A stretch of DNA of 64,000 bases from an uncultured Nitrospiraceae bacterium (GCA_963727805.1 CAVSHF010000005.1:1024001-1088000); one strand, 5' to 3'; counted from the stretch's first letter, positions 30,968-41,937 are shown. The notes: a model not told the origin generated them from the letters alone. Made by a program: numbers and translations.

Positions 30968-32707
30968 TCAATCCTCAAAGGTTACCCTCAACACTTCTTC
31001 CACCGACGTAATACCTTCGATGACCTTCTTTATGCCGCTCTGGCGGAGCGTCGTCATGCCAAGCAGCACTGCCTCGTGTTTAAGGTCTGCCGTGGATACA
31101 TTCCTCAGGATCAAGTCCTGCAGCTCCTTTCGGATTGGCAAGACTTCGCAAATTGCAGTCCTGCCGGAATATCCGGTGTTATTGCAACTCGGGCAGCCAG
31201 TCCCTACAGAGCACGTGACGCTCCCAACCATATCAGAAGGGAACCCAATCTTCAACATCGTTTCCTCGTCAAAAGGCTGTGCCGTTTTACAGTGCTCGCA
31301 TACTTTCCTCACGAGTCTCTGCGACACTACAAGCGAAATGGCCGACGACACAGCAAAAGGCTCTATACCCATATGTACGAGTCTTGTCAGGACACCGGCA
31401 GCATCGTTTGAGGGAAGAGTACTCAGAATCAAATGTCCGGTTAAGGCTGCCTTCACCGAGAGTTCAGCCGTCATGCGGTCCTTCAGCTCACCGATCATTA
31501 TAATATCAGGGTCCTGACTCAAAAACGATTCGAGGGCCGCTGTGTACGTGAGACCAATCTCCGGCTTAACTTGGCCCTGGTTAATCCCAAAGAGATTGAA
31601 TTCGATCGGATCTTCGGCAGTCATGATATTGAGCCCCGGTTTATTAAGGTGAAGGAGGGCCGAATAGATGGTTGTCGTCTTGCCGCTCTCGGCGGGCCCT
31701 GAAACGATAACCATACCTTGGGGACGATCGATTGTCTCGGTGAAATTGAGGAACTGTTTTTGATCGAAGCCCAGCTTGGTAAGGTCAAAAGGCATACGGG
31801 CCTTATCAAGGACCTTCAGAACAATCTTTTCCCCAAAAAGCGTTGGGAAAGTTGATACCCTGCAGTCTATGTCCTTGTTCATTCCGAACCTGAATTTGAT
31901 CCTGCCTGACTGGGGCATTCTCCTTTCCGCAACATCAAGGTGAAACATTATCTTCAGCTTGGCAGCCAAGATGTTCTTCATCTGAATCGGCAGCTTGAGT
32001 ACCGGCTTCAGGACGCCATCGATGCGGTATCGGACCCTAAGTATTTCCTCGCTCGGCTCAATATGAATATCGCTGGCATGATATTTAACGGCATTTATGA
32101 TTATCCCTTTGAGCATCTTTTCGACGGGGACCGTCATCTCTTTCTGTTCCTGGTCTTTTGGCGCCTCCGCAACCGATATCTCCTCAAGACTTAAGTCGAG
32201 ACTCCGGTTTACTTCCTCTAGCTTTACCGTCTCATGTCTGTTGTTATTTTTCGGTTCGGAAAGGCTTTTGGCCTTTTCACTCTCAGAATAATGTTTCTCT
32301 ATTGCATCCATTATCAACGACTCCATCGCTACATAAATGGAGATATTCATGCCGGTCATGAATTTGATGTCCTCAATCGCAAAATTGTTGGAAGGGTCGG
32401 CAATGGCAACCCTGAGGTTTCCGCCCACTAGGGCCAGGGGGACAAGATGATACCGCTTCGCAATTTCATACGGGACGTATTTCAGCACCTCAGGATCAAA
32501 CTTGAAGTCTGAAAGATTTATCGGCGGGACATTGTACTGCCTGCTCAGGAAGGTGATCAGGCTTTCCTCATTAATGGCATCAAGCTTAATCAGCGCTGAG
32601 CCAAGCCTTTTCCCTTCGGTCTTCTGAAGCTGGAGGGCCGCTTCAAGCTGCTTTTCGTTAATCAGTCTGGATTTTACCAGGAGTTGACCGAGTAATATCT
32701 TGTCCAC
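30968..32707 (-). CDS. pilB: PilB-family assembly ATPase homolog, degenerate motifs
   Basis: MshEN-like N-terminus, ASDIHIEP, GPAESGKTTT, SQDPDIIMIGELKD, STLPSND, tetra-Cys. Confidence 0.85.
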   Translation of the reverse strand: MDKILLGQLLVKSRLINEKQLEAALQLQKTEGKRLGSALIKLDAINEESLITFLSRQYNVPPINLSDFKFDPEVLKYVPYEIAKRYHLVPLALVGGNLRVAIADPSNNFAIEDIKFMTGMNISIYVAMESLIMDAIEKHYSESEKAKSLSEPKNNNRHETVKLEEVNRSLDLSLEEISVAEAPKDQEQKEMTVPVEKMLKGIIINAVKYHASDIHIEPSEEILRVRYRIDGVLKPVLKLPIQMKNILAAKLKIMFHLDVAERRMPQSGRIKFRFGMNKDIDCRVSTFPTLFGEKIVLKVLDKARMPFDLTKLGFDQKQFLNFTETIDRPQGMVIVSGPAESGKTTTIYSALLHLNKPGLNIMTAEDPIEFNLFGINQGQVKPEIGLTYTAALESFLSQDPDIIMIGELKDRMTAELSVKAALTGHLILSTLPSNDAAGVLTRLVHMGIEPFAVSSAISLVVSQRLVRKVCEHCKTAQPFDEETMLKIGFPSDMVGSVTCSVGTGCPSCNNTGYSGRTAICEVLPIRKELQDLILRNVSTADLKHEAVLLGMTTLRQSGIKKVIEGITSVEEVLRVTFED

Positions 32708-32826
32708 ACTCTAAAGTTTACGGCAAATCGCATATTTTTGGAAGGTTTTTTTTCAATTTCTGGATAGAACGGGTGGAAAACGGTTAGAATTAACTTTCAC
32801 CGAATTTACAGAATAGGGGAAAATAG

Positions 32827-34221
32827 ATGATCGATACCCACTGCCATCTCGAAATGAAACAATTTGAAGGTGATATCGACACAGTCATAGCAAGTGCAAA
32901 GGATGCTGGAATCGAGGCGCTCATCTCCATCGGTTCCGATTTAGAAGGCTGCAAAGGAGCTGTAGACCTCTCAAAAAAACATGACATGGTTTATGCTGCA
33001 GTCGGCATCCATCCCCATGATGCAAAAGATTTCTCGGATGAGATCGCCACCCTGATCCGTTCATGGATAACAGCGAGCAAGGAGCAGGGGATCGCATGCA
33101 AGGGCGAAGATATCCCCAAGATTGTTGCTATAGGCGAAATTGGCCTCGACTATTATTATGACCACTCTCCCCGCGAGGTCCAGCGTGAAGTCTTCGCCAA
33201 GCAGTTGGTATTTGCAAAAGAGTTGGAATTGCCAGTCGTTGTACATAGCCGCGATGCGCAGGAAGATACGCTGCACATTCTTGAAGAATGCGGCGTCATT
33301 AAAGGCGTTATGCACTGTTTTTCTGGCGATAAGGAAATGGCAAAACGTGCAATGGCTCTTGGTTTGCACATCTCTTTCGCTGGGCCGGTTACTTTCAAGA
33401 AAGCTCTATCCCTTAAAGAGGTCGCAAGGTTTGTTCCGGATGACCTGCTCCTGATAGAGACCGATGCTCCGTATCTTGCCCCGGAACCTTTGCGGGGCAA
33501 ACGAAATGAGCCGGCATTCATGGTCTATACAGCCCAGCATATAGCCGCATTGCGGGGAATAACTATCGAGGACGTCGACCGGATGACCACGCTGAATGCT
33601 AAGCGCCTTTTCGGAATCGGCACGCCGGATGCGGGACGGATCGCTTACAAAATACGCGACAGCCTCTATCTCAATATCACTAACAGATGCACGAACCAAT
33701 GCTCCTTTTGCATACGGTACCATTCCGACTTCGTTAAGGGGCATAACCTGAGACTCGAAAGCGAGCCGACCGAAAGAGAGCTGATAGAGTCGATCGGCGA
33801 TCCGTCAATATATAGAGAAATCGTATTCTGCGGATACGGCGAGCCCACTCTCAGGCTCGATGCCATCAAATCAGTTTCCACATGGATCAAGAAACGGGGC
33901 GGGGTTGTGAGGATCAACACAAATGGTCAGGGCAATCTCATCAATAAGAGGAATATCCTTCCCGAATTGAAAGGGATCGTAGATATTGCATCGGTAAGCC
34001 TCAACACTCAGGACGCAGAGTCATACAATAGAATCTGCAGACCGGTTTTTAAAAATGCCTTCGCTGAAATTGTAGACTTCATCCGTAACGCAAAGACATA
34101 TATTGCCGATGTACAGGCTACAGTTGTTGAGATGGAAGGTGTGGATATCGAGAAGTGCAGGCGGCTTACCGACGAACTTGGGGTGAAGTTACGGGTTAGA
34201 AAACTGGATGTGGTCGGTTAA
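32827..34221 (+). CDS. tatD: TatD nuclease fused to a radical SAM domain
   Basis: DTHCH, GEIGLDY, HSRDA, ETDAPY; C-terminal LYLNITNRCTNQCSFC, VFCGYGEP, RINTNG. Confidence 0.92.
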   Translation: MIDTHCHLEMKQFEGDIDTVIASAKDAGIEALISIGSDLEGCKGAVDLSKKHDMVYAAVGIHPHDAKDFSDEIATLIRSWITASKEQGIACKGEDIPKIVAIGEIGLDYYYDHSPREVQREVFAKQLVFAKELELPVVVHSRDAQEDTLHILEECGVIKGVMHCFSGDKEMAKRAMALGLHISFAGPVTFKKALSLKEVARFVPDDLLLIETDAPYLAPEPLRGKRNEPAFMVYTAQHIAALRGITIEDVDRMTTLNAKRLFGIGTPDAGRIAYKIRDSLYLNITNRCTNQCSFCIRYHSDFVKGHNLRLESEPTERELIESIGDPSIYREIVFCGYGEPTLRLDAIKSVSTWIKKRGGVVRINTNGQGNLINKRNILPELKGIVDIASVSLNTQDAESYNRICRPVFKNAFAEIVDFIRNAKTYIADVQATVVEMEGVDIEKCRRLTDELGVKLRVRKLDVVG

Positions 34222-34580
34222 GATACGAAGTAATAAACGGAATCTTAATCAATACTTGATAAAATGATAGCTTTCCACCTACCCACGTAAGTAAGTTCTG
34301 CTGATGTGCCCGCCCGAAATTATCAACTCAGTTTGCGAACATGATCAGGAAATGTTAAAAATAAAAACGTTTATGAAAATACTACTTATACCTGCTTATA
34401 CTCAGGTATTGACAAGCAAAATCAATGAAGATTTCCGATAAAACTTCATTATTGCAATTAAATAGCTCACACGCTTCACCAATTAACTTGCGGGAATGCA
34501 AGCCACGCTTTTAGCAGTCAGGGGAAGCGCCTAGTTGTAAGAGACGTTGATTCATCACAAGAAGAAAATAGTCAATACTA

Positions 34581-34856
34581 TCACATTCCGACAGAGAACA
34601 TCGCATCAAGGTCATGCCGTGAAAACGCTTTAAACGCGAGCATGGTGTCGGTTTTTAAAATGGATTCGACACTTAACAATTTATTGGTAATGAGATTTGC
34701 AAGATCATCATTCGTAGGGATACGAACTATAGCTATTAAATCATAATTGCCGGTTACAGAATAAACTTCCGATATCCCTTCCATTTTTGCTAGTTGTTCT
34801 GCGACTTCGTTAATTTTTGTTCTTACTGTATTTATCAGGACGATTGCGGTTACCAT
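34581..34856 (-). CDS. Stand-alone Lrp/AsnC ligand-binding (RAM) domain protein
   Basis: EVYSVTGNYDLIAIVR; no HTH; AAGGAG SD. Confidence 0.88.
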   Translation of the reverse strand: MVTAIVLINTVRTKINEVAEQLAKMEGISEVYSVTGNYDLIAIVRIPTNDDLANLITNKLLSVESILKTDTMLAFKAFSRHDLDAMFSVGM

Positions 34857-35296
34857 TCAGACTCCTTTTCCATATTTCGACGTACTTGCAGTTTAATTCT
34901 CAACTGTGTTTACAATATCAGAAATACATGAAATTGCAAATTATTTTATGTAGGTTCAGGAGTATTAATAGACAAAAAGAGCAAAAAAGCTACCAAAAGA
35001 ACCCGATAAATTCTCTCTTTGTCTCATCCGTAAATCCCATTTTTTAACCGCAATCTCTTCTTCTTTTTCATAAGACCACAGAAGTCCATTTGACCTTTCT
35101 GATAAACATGTCGATGAGGATGTCAAGAATTCCAGAAAAAACTTATGCGCGACTTATTGACCTGTGATCAAGGTTATAGGCAGTACCTCATGAGAACGGA
35201 GTCAATATTCAGAGAACACGGCACCATTTTTAGATAATCGGTAATTGTGATACCAGGAAAGGCCATCTTGGATTAGAGCTCAGTTGATAAAGTTAT

Positions 35297-36544
35297 TTAC
35301 TGCATAAAAAGGGATGTTATCTCCGAAGCGGCGACCTCACCCTGTTCCTTCTTCAACAGATTCTTCCACTGCACCTTGCCTGCCTTGAGTTCGTTCTCGC
35401 CGATGATGAGCGCGAACATTGCACCAAGGCGATCCGCATGCCTTAACTGGCTCTTTAGCGATGTACTGCCGTAGCTTTGCTCTGCCCATATCCCTTGAGC
35501 TCTCAGAGACTCGGTGATCCTGAATCCTTCGATATCGGCCTCCTTCCCGAGAGTTGCAATAAAAACCTTTGGAACAGGGATTGCGATCCCCCTCTTTTCT
35601 TTCAGGAGCGTCACAAGCCGTTCCATGCCGATTGCAAACCCGATTGCTGGGGTTGCAGGTCCGCCGAATTCCTCGACGAGGCGATCGTATCTTCCGCCTG
35701 CTGCAACAGCTTTTTGGGCGCCGAGATGTTCACTCGTTACTTCAAAAGTCGTCTTCGTATAATAGTCGAGGCCGCGAACGAGATGCGGATTCAGCGTATA
35801 TGGCACCTTGAAGACATTGAGAATTGACAACACTTCTTCAAAGTGCTCGCGGCATTCATCGCAAAGATAATCCGTCACAACCGGCGCGCCCTGTTTGAGC
35901 TCGCCGCAGCGAGATACTTTGCAGTCAAGGATTCGAAGCGGGTTTGTTTCGTACCGTCGTTGGCAGTCAGGACAATACTCGGCAAGCTTGCCGCCGAAGA
36001 AATCAAGCAGCGCCTGACGGTAGGCAGGTCTGCACTCAGCGCAGCCTATTGAATTGATCTCGAAGTTCAGATCGCTCAGCCCAATCTGTTCAAGCAGATT
36101 CTTCAGCATTATAATCAGCTCCGCATCCATCTGGGGACGGCCAATGCCAAAGGCCTCGGCCCCTATCTGATAGAACTGGCGAAAACGGCCTTTCTGTGGA
36201 CGCTCATACCGGAACATCGGACCGGAGTACCAGAACTTTTGAGGGGAGGAGAGCGTATGCAGCCCTTTCTCGACAAAGCACCGAACAACCGGAGCCGTCC
36301 CTTCCGGCCGCATCGTCACGCTGCGATTGCCTTTGTCGGTAAAAGTATACATCTCCTTTTCGACAATGTCCGTTGCTTCACCGATACCCCGGATAAAGAT
36401 GTCTGTAGATTCAAGAACCGGAACCCTGATTTCACGAAAACCGTATCGCCCGAAAATATCGCGAGCCGTGGATTCGACCGCCTGCCATATTGAAATGTCC
36501 GGCGGCAGGATGTCCTCCATGCCCTTGAGTCCACTATATTTCAT
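35297..36544 (-). CDS. hisS: Histidine--tRNA ligase
   Basis: RPEGTA, FRYERPQKGRFRQF, LVRGLDYYT, GGRYD. Confidence 0.98.
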   Translation of the reverse strand: MKYSGLKGMEDILPPDISIWQAVESTARDIFGRYGFREIRVPVLESTDIFIRGIGEATDIVEKEMYTFTDKGNRSVTMRPEGTAPVVRCFVEKGLHTLSSPQKFWYSGPMFRYERPQKGRFRQFYQIGAEAFGIGRPQMDAELIIMLKNLLEQIGLSDLNFEINSIGCAECRPAYRQALLDFFGGKLAEYCPDCQRRYETNPLRILDCKVSRCGELKQGAPVVTDYLCDECREHFEEVLSILNVFKVPYTLNPHLVRGLDYYTKTTFEVTSEHLGAQKAVAAGGRYDRLVEEFGGPATPAIGFAIGMERLVTLLKEKRGIAIPVPKVFIATLGKEADIEGFRITESLRAQGIWAEQSYGSTSLKSQLRHADRLGAMFALIIGENELKAGKVQWKNLLKKEQGEVAASEITSLFMQ

Positions 36545-37002
36545 TCGGCCTCTTCCCTCTCCTTGTCGAACTCGATCATTTTCATGTGGCTTTCGATCAG
36601 CCTCTTGACCTCCTCCTTAAAGTGGCGACGAATGCCCTTCAACTCTACGATGTCCTCATGGATCTTCACAGCCTTCTCCTGCGCAGCCTTGAGGATATCG
36701 TCTCCCTGCGACTCGGCCTCTCTTATGATGAGTTCGGACTCCTTACGGGCGTTGGCCTTATATTCATCGACCATCTGTTGGGTAGTGATGAGTGTCTCAC
36801 GGAGGGTGGCATTCATATTGTTGTATTCCTGGAGCTGTGAATCCGCCCTGCTCAAAGATTCTTTTAGAGACGCGTTTTCCCTGAGAAGTTCCTCCATTTC
36901 CTCGCGGATCAACTCAAGAAAGGAATAAACCTCGTCGACATCGAATCCCCTGAACTTCATAGGGAACTGCTTTTGTTGGATATCAAGCGGTGTGATTCTC
37001 AT
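36541..37002 (-). CDS. divIVA: DivIVA domain protein
   Basis: ITPLDIQQKQF..FRGFDVDEV + coiled coil. Confidence 0.92.
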   Translation of the reverse strand: MRITPLDIQQKQFPMKFRGFDVDEVYSFLELIREEMEELLRENASLKESLSRADSQLQEYNNMNATLRETLITTQQMVDEYKANARKESELIIREAESQGDDILKAAQEKAVKIHEDIVELKGIRRHFKEEVKRLIESHMKMIEFDKEREEAE

Positions 37003-37015
37003 TTTGCAACCCCCT

Positions 37016-37315
37016 TCATTTTAGCTTGTAGCCAATATCTATAAGAGACATTATCAGGAATCTCTGGATAAATGTGATAGCAAGTATCACAACAAGCGGC
37101 GATATATCAATCGGTCCCAGCCTGTTACCGATGAGTCTCCTTATCGGCCTGAGGACTGGTTCCGTTAATCGGTAAAGCAATCTCACTATGGGATTGTAGG
37201 GATCGGGATTCACCCAGCTTAAAAGGGCTGAAATGATGATGATCCAAAAATAGATGTCAAGCAGGACATTTAATATCTGTGCAATGGATATGATAAGATT
37301 GCCGAAGACGAACAT
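37016..37315 (-). CDS. yggT: YggT family membrane protein
   Basis: SWVNPDPYNPIV..LTEP..IDISP. Confidence 0.95.
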   Translation of the reverse strand: MFVFGNLIISIAQILNVLLDIYFWIIIISALLSWVNPDPYNPIVRLLYRLTEPVLRPIRRLIGNRLGPIDISPLVVILAITFIQRFLIMSLIDIGYKLK

Positions 37316-37339
37316 TATACCTCCTTTTGGTCCATTTTA

Positions 37340-38125
37340 TCAGGCCGACGCCAGTTCAGCGGCCCTCTTCTTCGCAGCTTCAAGAGCCTGCGTCACAAGT
37401 ACTGCTAACCCCTTTTCCTCAAAGACTTTGACTCCCTCGGCCGTTGTGCCCCCAGGAGATGTGACCATCTTCCTCAAGTTTTCCGGGGGCATGCCGGTCT
37501 CGAGGAGTTTTGCCGTTCCGATCACGGTCTGTATGGCGAGTTCTGAGGCATTGTCTCTCGTGAGTCCCATCTTTTCGCCGCTTTCGATCATGGCTTCTGT
37601 AAAAAGCGCAACAAAACCAGGGCCGCTTCCCGAAAGGGCGGTAACGGCGTCCATATGTTTTTCAGGAAGAGTTAGCACTTTCCCGATAGAAATAAAGATG
37701 TCTCTGACCGGCGCAATGATGTTAAGGGGAAGACATGAACAAAGTGAAATGACTGACATCCCCTCCTGGACAAGCGCAGGAGTATTCGGCATTACCCGTA
37801 TGAGACGTTCGGTTTTGAGCCTCGACTGAAGAAACGCAAGGGTTATTCCCGCCGCTATAGAGACCACCGTTTTATCAGCCGTAATGACTCCCGATATTTC
37901 ATCGAGCACTACAGCCATATTCTGCGGTTTCACGGCAAGAACTATGATATCCGCCGGTCCCACCGCTTCAGTATTCGAAGCCGTTGTCAAAACGCCGTAT
38001 GTCTTGCTCAGGAAATCTCTCCGGTCTTCCCTCGGCTCCGATACGATGACCTTCTTGTTCTCGCGGGACAGTATGCCCTTGATGAGGGCCTCTGCCATAT
38101 TGCCGCCGCCGATGAATCCGATCAT
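37340..38125 (-). CDS. proC: Pyrroline-5-carboxylate reductase
   Basis: GGGNMA, RVMPNTP, SGSGP, VTSPGGTT. Confidence 0.97.
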   Translation of the reverse strand: MIGFIGGGNMAEALIKGILSRENKKVIVSEPREDRRDFLSKTYGVLTTASNTEAVGPADIIVLAVKPQNMAVVLDEISGVITADKTVVSIAAGITLAFLQSRLKTERLIRVMPNTPALVQEGMSVISLCSCLPLNIIAPVRDIFISIGKVLTLPEKHMDAVTALSGSGPGFVALFTEAMIESGEKMGLTRDNASELAIQTVIGTAKLLETGMPPENLRKMVTSPGGTTAEGVKVFEEKGLAVLVTQALEAAKKRAAELASA

Positions 38126-38814
38126 TTGATTCTCCTTTCCCCAAAAATTGCTGTCCCTATTCTCACAAGGGTCGCGCCCTCTTCTATAGCAACCTCAAAG
38201 TCGTCTGACATTCCCATTGAAAGCTCGGGCAGATTGAATCCCTTTTCCCCCAGTTTATCCCGCAACTCTCGCAGTCGCCTGAAGTAAGGCCTCGCATGCT
38301 CAGGATTATCGAAAAAAGGGGGAATCGTCATCATGCCCTCAAGTTTCAGATTTTTGAAGTCAGCTACTACTTCGGCCAATTGAGGCAATTCCTTCTCAGC
38401 AACCCCGCTTTTGGTCACCTCTTCGGAAAGCTTGACCTGTATCAAGACCCTCTGGACTTTTCCCATTTTTCGGGCCTCATTGTCGAGGTCGCCAGCAAGA
38501 CCTTCGGAATCAAGAGAGTGTATCAGATCAAAGAGTCGCACTGAATATTTTGCCTTATTCCCCTGAAGATGTCCTATCAGATGCCACTCAGTGCCGGACG
38601 GCGCCTGTTTCGATAAAGCCTCTATTTTTGCTTTGGCCTCCTGAACCTTATTCTCGCCGAATATTCTGAGACCTATATCGAGAGCCTGTTTTATCGCTTC
38701 GATGCCCACCGTTTTGGTAACTGCGACGAGCCTCACCTCCTCGGGCCTTCTGCCAGCCCGCATTGCGGCATGACTCATTCTTTTAAATATATCGGAGGCT
38801 TTTCCCAGCAACAT
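38122..38814 (-). CDS. yggS: PLP homeostasis protein
   Basis: VAVTKT, FGENKVQE, WHLIGHLQ, LSMGMSDD, VRIGTAIFG. Confidence 0.96.
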   Translation of the reverse strand: MLLGKASDIFKRMSHAAMRAGRRPEEVRLVAVTKTVGIEAIKQALDIGLRIFGENKVQEAKAKIEALSKQAPSGTEWHLIGHLQGNKAKYSVRLFDLIHSLDSEGLAGDLDNEARKMGKVQRVLIQVKLSEEVTKSGVAEKELPQLAEVVADFKNLKLEGMMTIPPFFDNPEHARPYFRRLRELRDKLGEKGFNLPELSMGMSDDFEVAIEEGATLVRIGTAIFGERRIK

Positions 38815-38954
38815 AATCCTCTATAGTAGTATCTCACCTCCACTAATTGCAAGGCTCAACTCCCGGTCCAACTCCTTGATATTCGGGACAATTGATCGCC
38901 CCGGCAGCGAATTAGTTATTATGAAAAGGCGACTTCTTTCTGATATTATAAAAT

Positions 38955-40406
38955 ATGTTCAAAAAATTCACATTCCGCTTCTCGCTGAATCTTCGTCTCA
39001 CCATGATCATGCTTTTTTTGAGTTTTATCCTTATATCGATACTCATGTTCCTCTATTCCGAGTCCGAAAAGAAGCTCTTCAATGAACTGGAGAGACAAAC
39101 ATCTGAACTAACAAAGGCGATTCAGATCGGCGTGGAAGAGGTCACTACGGGAAAGGGGAAATCAGATGAAGCTCGCCTGGCCCAATATCTCAAAAAGCTG
39201 AACACTAAGGGGGTCAAGGAGATTTCGATCATCAGCAACGCCGACGAGATAGTGGCAAGTACCAACCCACAGAGGATTGGCGAACCCATGACCCACAAGA
39301 AAAAAGAGCTTATCATTAAGGCGGAACTGGGAGAACCAGTTTCAGAAGAGGGGAGGACTTTCAACGTCATCCTGCCCGTTGTCGCCGGGGATACCCAGTA
39401 TGGGTATATCCATCTCAGGATAAACAAGGATGATTATTCGGACGTCCTGAAGTCCAATGCGATCAATAGAGTGTTGGCTACACTGTTTGTCTTCGGCGTT
39501 GGCATCGTCTTTACCCTGATACTCTCCCGGCAATATACCCGACCTATCGAGAGAGTCGTCGATGCCGCGATGCGTGTAGCTGCTGGAGACCTTACCCAAC
39601 ACATAAAGGTGAAGAACAGAGACGAAATAGGGAAGCTCTCCGAGAGCTTCAATTTCATGGTGAGCAAATTGAGGGAGGCCCGGACGCTTGAAGAGAAATT
39701 AAGAGAGGCCGAGCATCTTTCGGGCCTCGGACAGCTGTCGCGACATATGGCCCACGAGATCCGCAACCCCCTCAACTTTATCAGCCTGAGCATCGATCAT
39801 ATCGGAGCAAAATACCGACCTGGTGACAGGGAAAAGGAAGAGAAGTTCTCAAGCCTCATCAGCGGCATCAAGCAGGAGATCCTGAGACTCGACAAGCTCG
39901 TCAATGACTTCCTCGATTACAGCAGGCCACTTACACTGCATCGACGTATGGTGAATGTAAAGGAACTCCTCGACGATATCATCGATCTCATCTGGGCAAA
40001 GGCCGAGGTGGAAAAAATTAAGATCGTCAAGGACTACAATGACCCTGTCGAGCTATATCTCGATCCCGACCTTTTCAAGACCTGCGTACTTAATGTGGTG
40101 ACAAACGCATTCCATGCAATGGCCTCGAAAAATGAGGGCGGCGTCCTTGCGATAAAAACCGCTATCGACGGCAACAAGTTCATCCTTTCGATCAGTGACG
40201 AGGGTGAAGGAGTGTCCGAGGAGAACCTCTCAAAGATGTTTGAACCTTTTTTTTCGACTAAAGAAAACGGCCTCGGGCTCGGTCTGCCGATGACCAAGAG
40301 GGTAATCGAAGAACATGGCGGCACAGTCGACTTTACAAGCGTGCCAGGCAAGGGCAGCGAGATGAAATTCACCCTGCCGCTGAAAAAAAATGATGTATTA
40401 TCGTAG
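38955..40406 (+). CDS. HAMP sensor histidine kinase
   Basis: 2 TM, HAMP, AHEIRNPL, N/G boxes, FEPFFSTK..GLGLGL. Confidence 0.95.
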   Translation: MFKKFTFRFSLNLRLTMIMLFLSFILISILMFLYSESEKKLFNELERQTSELTKAIQIGVEEVTTGKGKSDEARLAQYLKKLNTKGVKEISIISNADEIVASTNPQRIGEPMTHKKKELIIKAELGEPVSEEGRTFNVILPVVAGDTQYGYIHLRINKDDYSDVLKSNAINRVLATLFVFGVGIVFTLILSRQYTRPIERVVDAAMRVAAGDLTQHIKVKNRDEIGKLSESFNFMVSKLREARTLEEKLREAEHLSGLGQLSRHMAHEIRNPLNFISLSIDHIGAKYRPGDREKEEKFSSLISGIKQEILRLDKLVNDFLDYSRPLTLHRRMVNVKELLDDIIDLIWAKAEVEKIKIVKDYNDPVELYLDPDLFKTCVLNVVTNAFHAMASKNEGGVLAIKTAIDGNKFILSISDEGEGVSEENLSKMFEPFFSTKENGLGLGLPMTKRVIEEHGGTVDFTSVPGKGSEMKFTLPLKKNDVLS

Positions 40407-40418
40407 AAAGGATTGGCC

Positions 40419-41813
40419 ATGCCGGTTATAATTGTCATCGATGATGAACAGCGACAGAGGGGTATTTTGAAGACCATCCTTGAAGACGAAGGCTACGAAG
40501 TCCACTCAGCGCCATCGGCTGAAAAGGGACTGGAACTAATCAGCACGCTCAGTCCCGACGTCGTCCTCACCGATCTTAAGATGGGTGGAATCTCGGGGTT
40601 GCAGCTCCTGGAGGTACTCCCCGACGATGCAATAAAGCCCGCTGTGATCATAATGACGGCTTATGGCACAATCTCCTCAGCCGTCGAGGCGATGAAAAAA
40701 GGTGCTTTCGACTACCTTACCAAGCCCCTCGATAAAGACTCCATTGTCCTTACCGTACAAAAGGCCGCCGAACGGATGCAGCTCATAAGAGAGAATGTCA
40801 GGCTCAGAAATGCCCTCTATGAGAAGTTCAGCATGGAAGGAATCGTAGGCAGTTCCAAAAGAATGCAGGAGGTCCTGGAGGTAGTCAAGAAGGTGGCCCC
40901 GACATCGGTAACAGTGCTGATCTACGGCGAGAGCGGGACTGGAAAAGAGCTGATAGCGCGGGCCGTTCATTACAACAGCACAAGAAAGTCCGGACCATTC
41001 ACCCCTATCAACTGCGCTGCGATCCCGGATAATCTGATCGAAAGTGAGTTGTTCGGCTATGAACCCGGCGCTTTTACCGGCGCATCGCATCGCAAAATAG
41101 GGCTTTTTGAATTGAGTGACAAGGGGACTCTCTTTCTTGACGAAATCGGGGAACTCCCCCTGCTGACTCAGACAAAGCTTCTGCGCGTGTTGCAGGATAA
41201 AGAGATTCGGCGTCTCGGAGGGCATGACAGCGTCAAGGTCGATGTGAGGATCCTCGCTGCCACGAACAAGGACCTTGAAAAAGAAGTTTCCTCAGGGAAA
41301 TTCAGGGAAGACCTCTATTACCGGCTCAAAGTCGTCACCGTCGAGCTACCATCTCTCAAGGAACGGAAAGAAGACATCCCGATTCTAGTCAGCTTCTTCA
41401 TCAACAAATACAACCACGAATTCGGCAAGAGAGTAAAGGGCGTAAACGAAAGTGCGCTCAAGGCTTTGAAGGATTATTACTGGCCCGGAAATATTCGTCA
41501 GCTCGAATCAGTTATCGAGAGGTCTGTTCTCATGTGCGACCGCGATGTCATCTCTCTCGACGACATAAGAAGCGATCTGAAAATCCCCGGGGGTACCGGC
41601 GCGTTTGATATGGATATCCCCGACGAAGGCATCAATTTCGAGGAACTTGAGAAGATACTGATCAAGAAAGCCATGGCGAAGACGAATAATGTCGCAGCAA
41701 GGGCGGCGAGGCTTTTGGGCATGAGCTATAAGACCTTTTGGTATCGGCTCGAAAAATTCGGCATCAATACATCGTCCTCGAATGAGGACATTCCTCCTGA
41801 TATGCGAAGTTAG
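40419..41813 (+). CDS. Sigma-54-dependent NtrC-family response regulator
   Basis: REC domain, GESGTGKE, GAFTGA, LFLDEIGE, WPGNIRQL, Fis-type HTH. Confidence 0.96.
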   Translation: MPVIIVIDDEQRQRGILKTILEDEGYEVHSAPSAEKGLELISTLSPDVVLTDLKMGGISGLQLLEVLPDDAIKPAVIIMTAYGTISSAVEAMKKGAFDYLTKPLDKDSIVLTVQKAAERMQLIRENVRLRNALYEKFSMEGIVGSSKRMQEVLEVVKKVAPTSVTVLIYGESGTGKELIARAVHYNSTRKSGPFTPINCAAIPDNLIESELFGYEPGAFTGASHRKIGLFELSDKGTLFLDEIGELPLLTQTKLLRVLQDKEIRRLGGHDSVKVDVRILAATNKDLEKEVSSGKFREDLYYRLKVVTVELPSLKERKEDIPILVSFFINKYNHEFGKRVKGVNESALKALKDYYWPGNIRQLESVIERSVLMCDRDVISLDDIRSDLKIPGGTGAFDMDIPDEGINFEELEKILIKKAMAKTNNVAARAARLLGMSYKTFWYRLEKFGINTSSSNEDIPPDMRS

Positions 41814-41937
41814 CCGGGGCTCTTTCTACAGCCGATGCTGTAGCTGCTGTTGCTATTAGGCGTGCTAAACCTTAATTAATCAGCATGCTCTAATTTCGTA
41901 TTGTTAGCAGGTCGATTTCTTGTCCCCACTTCTTTTT

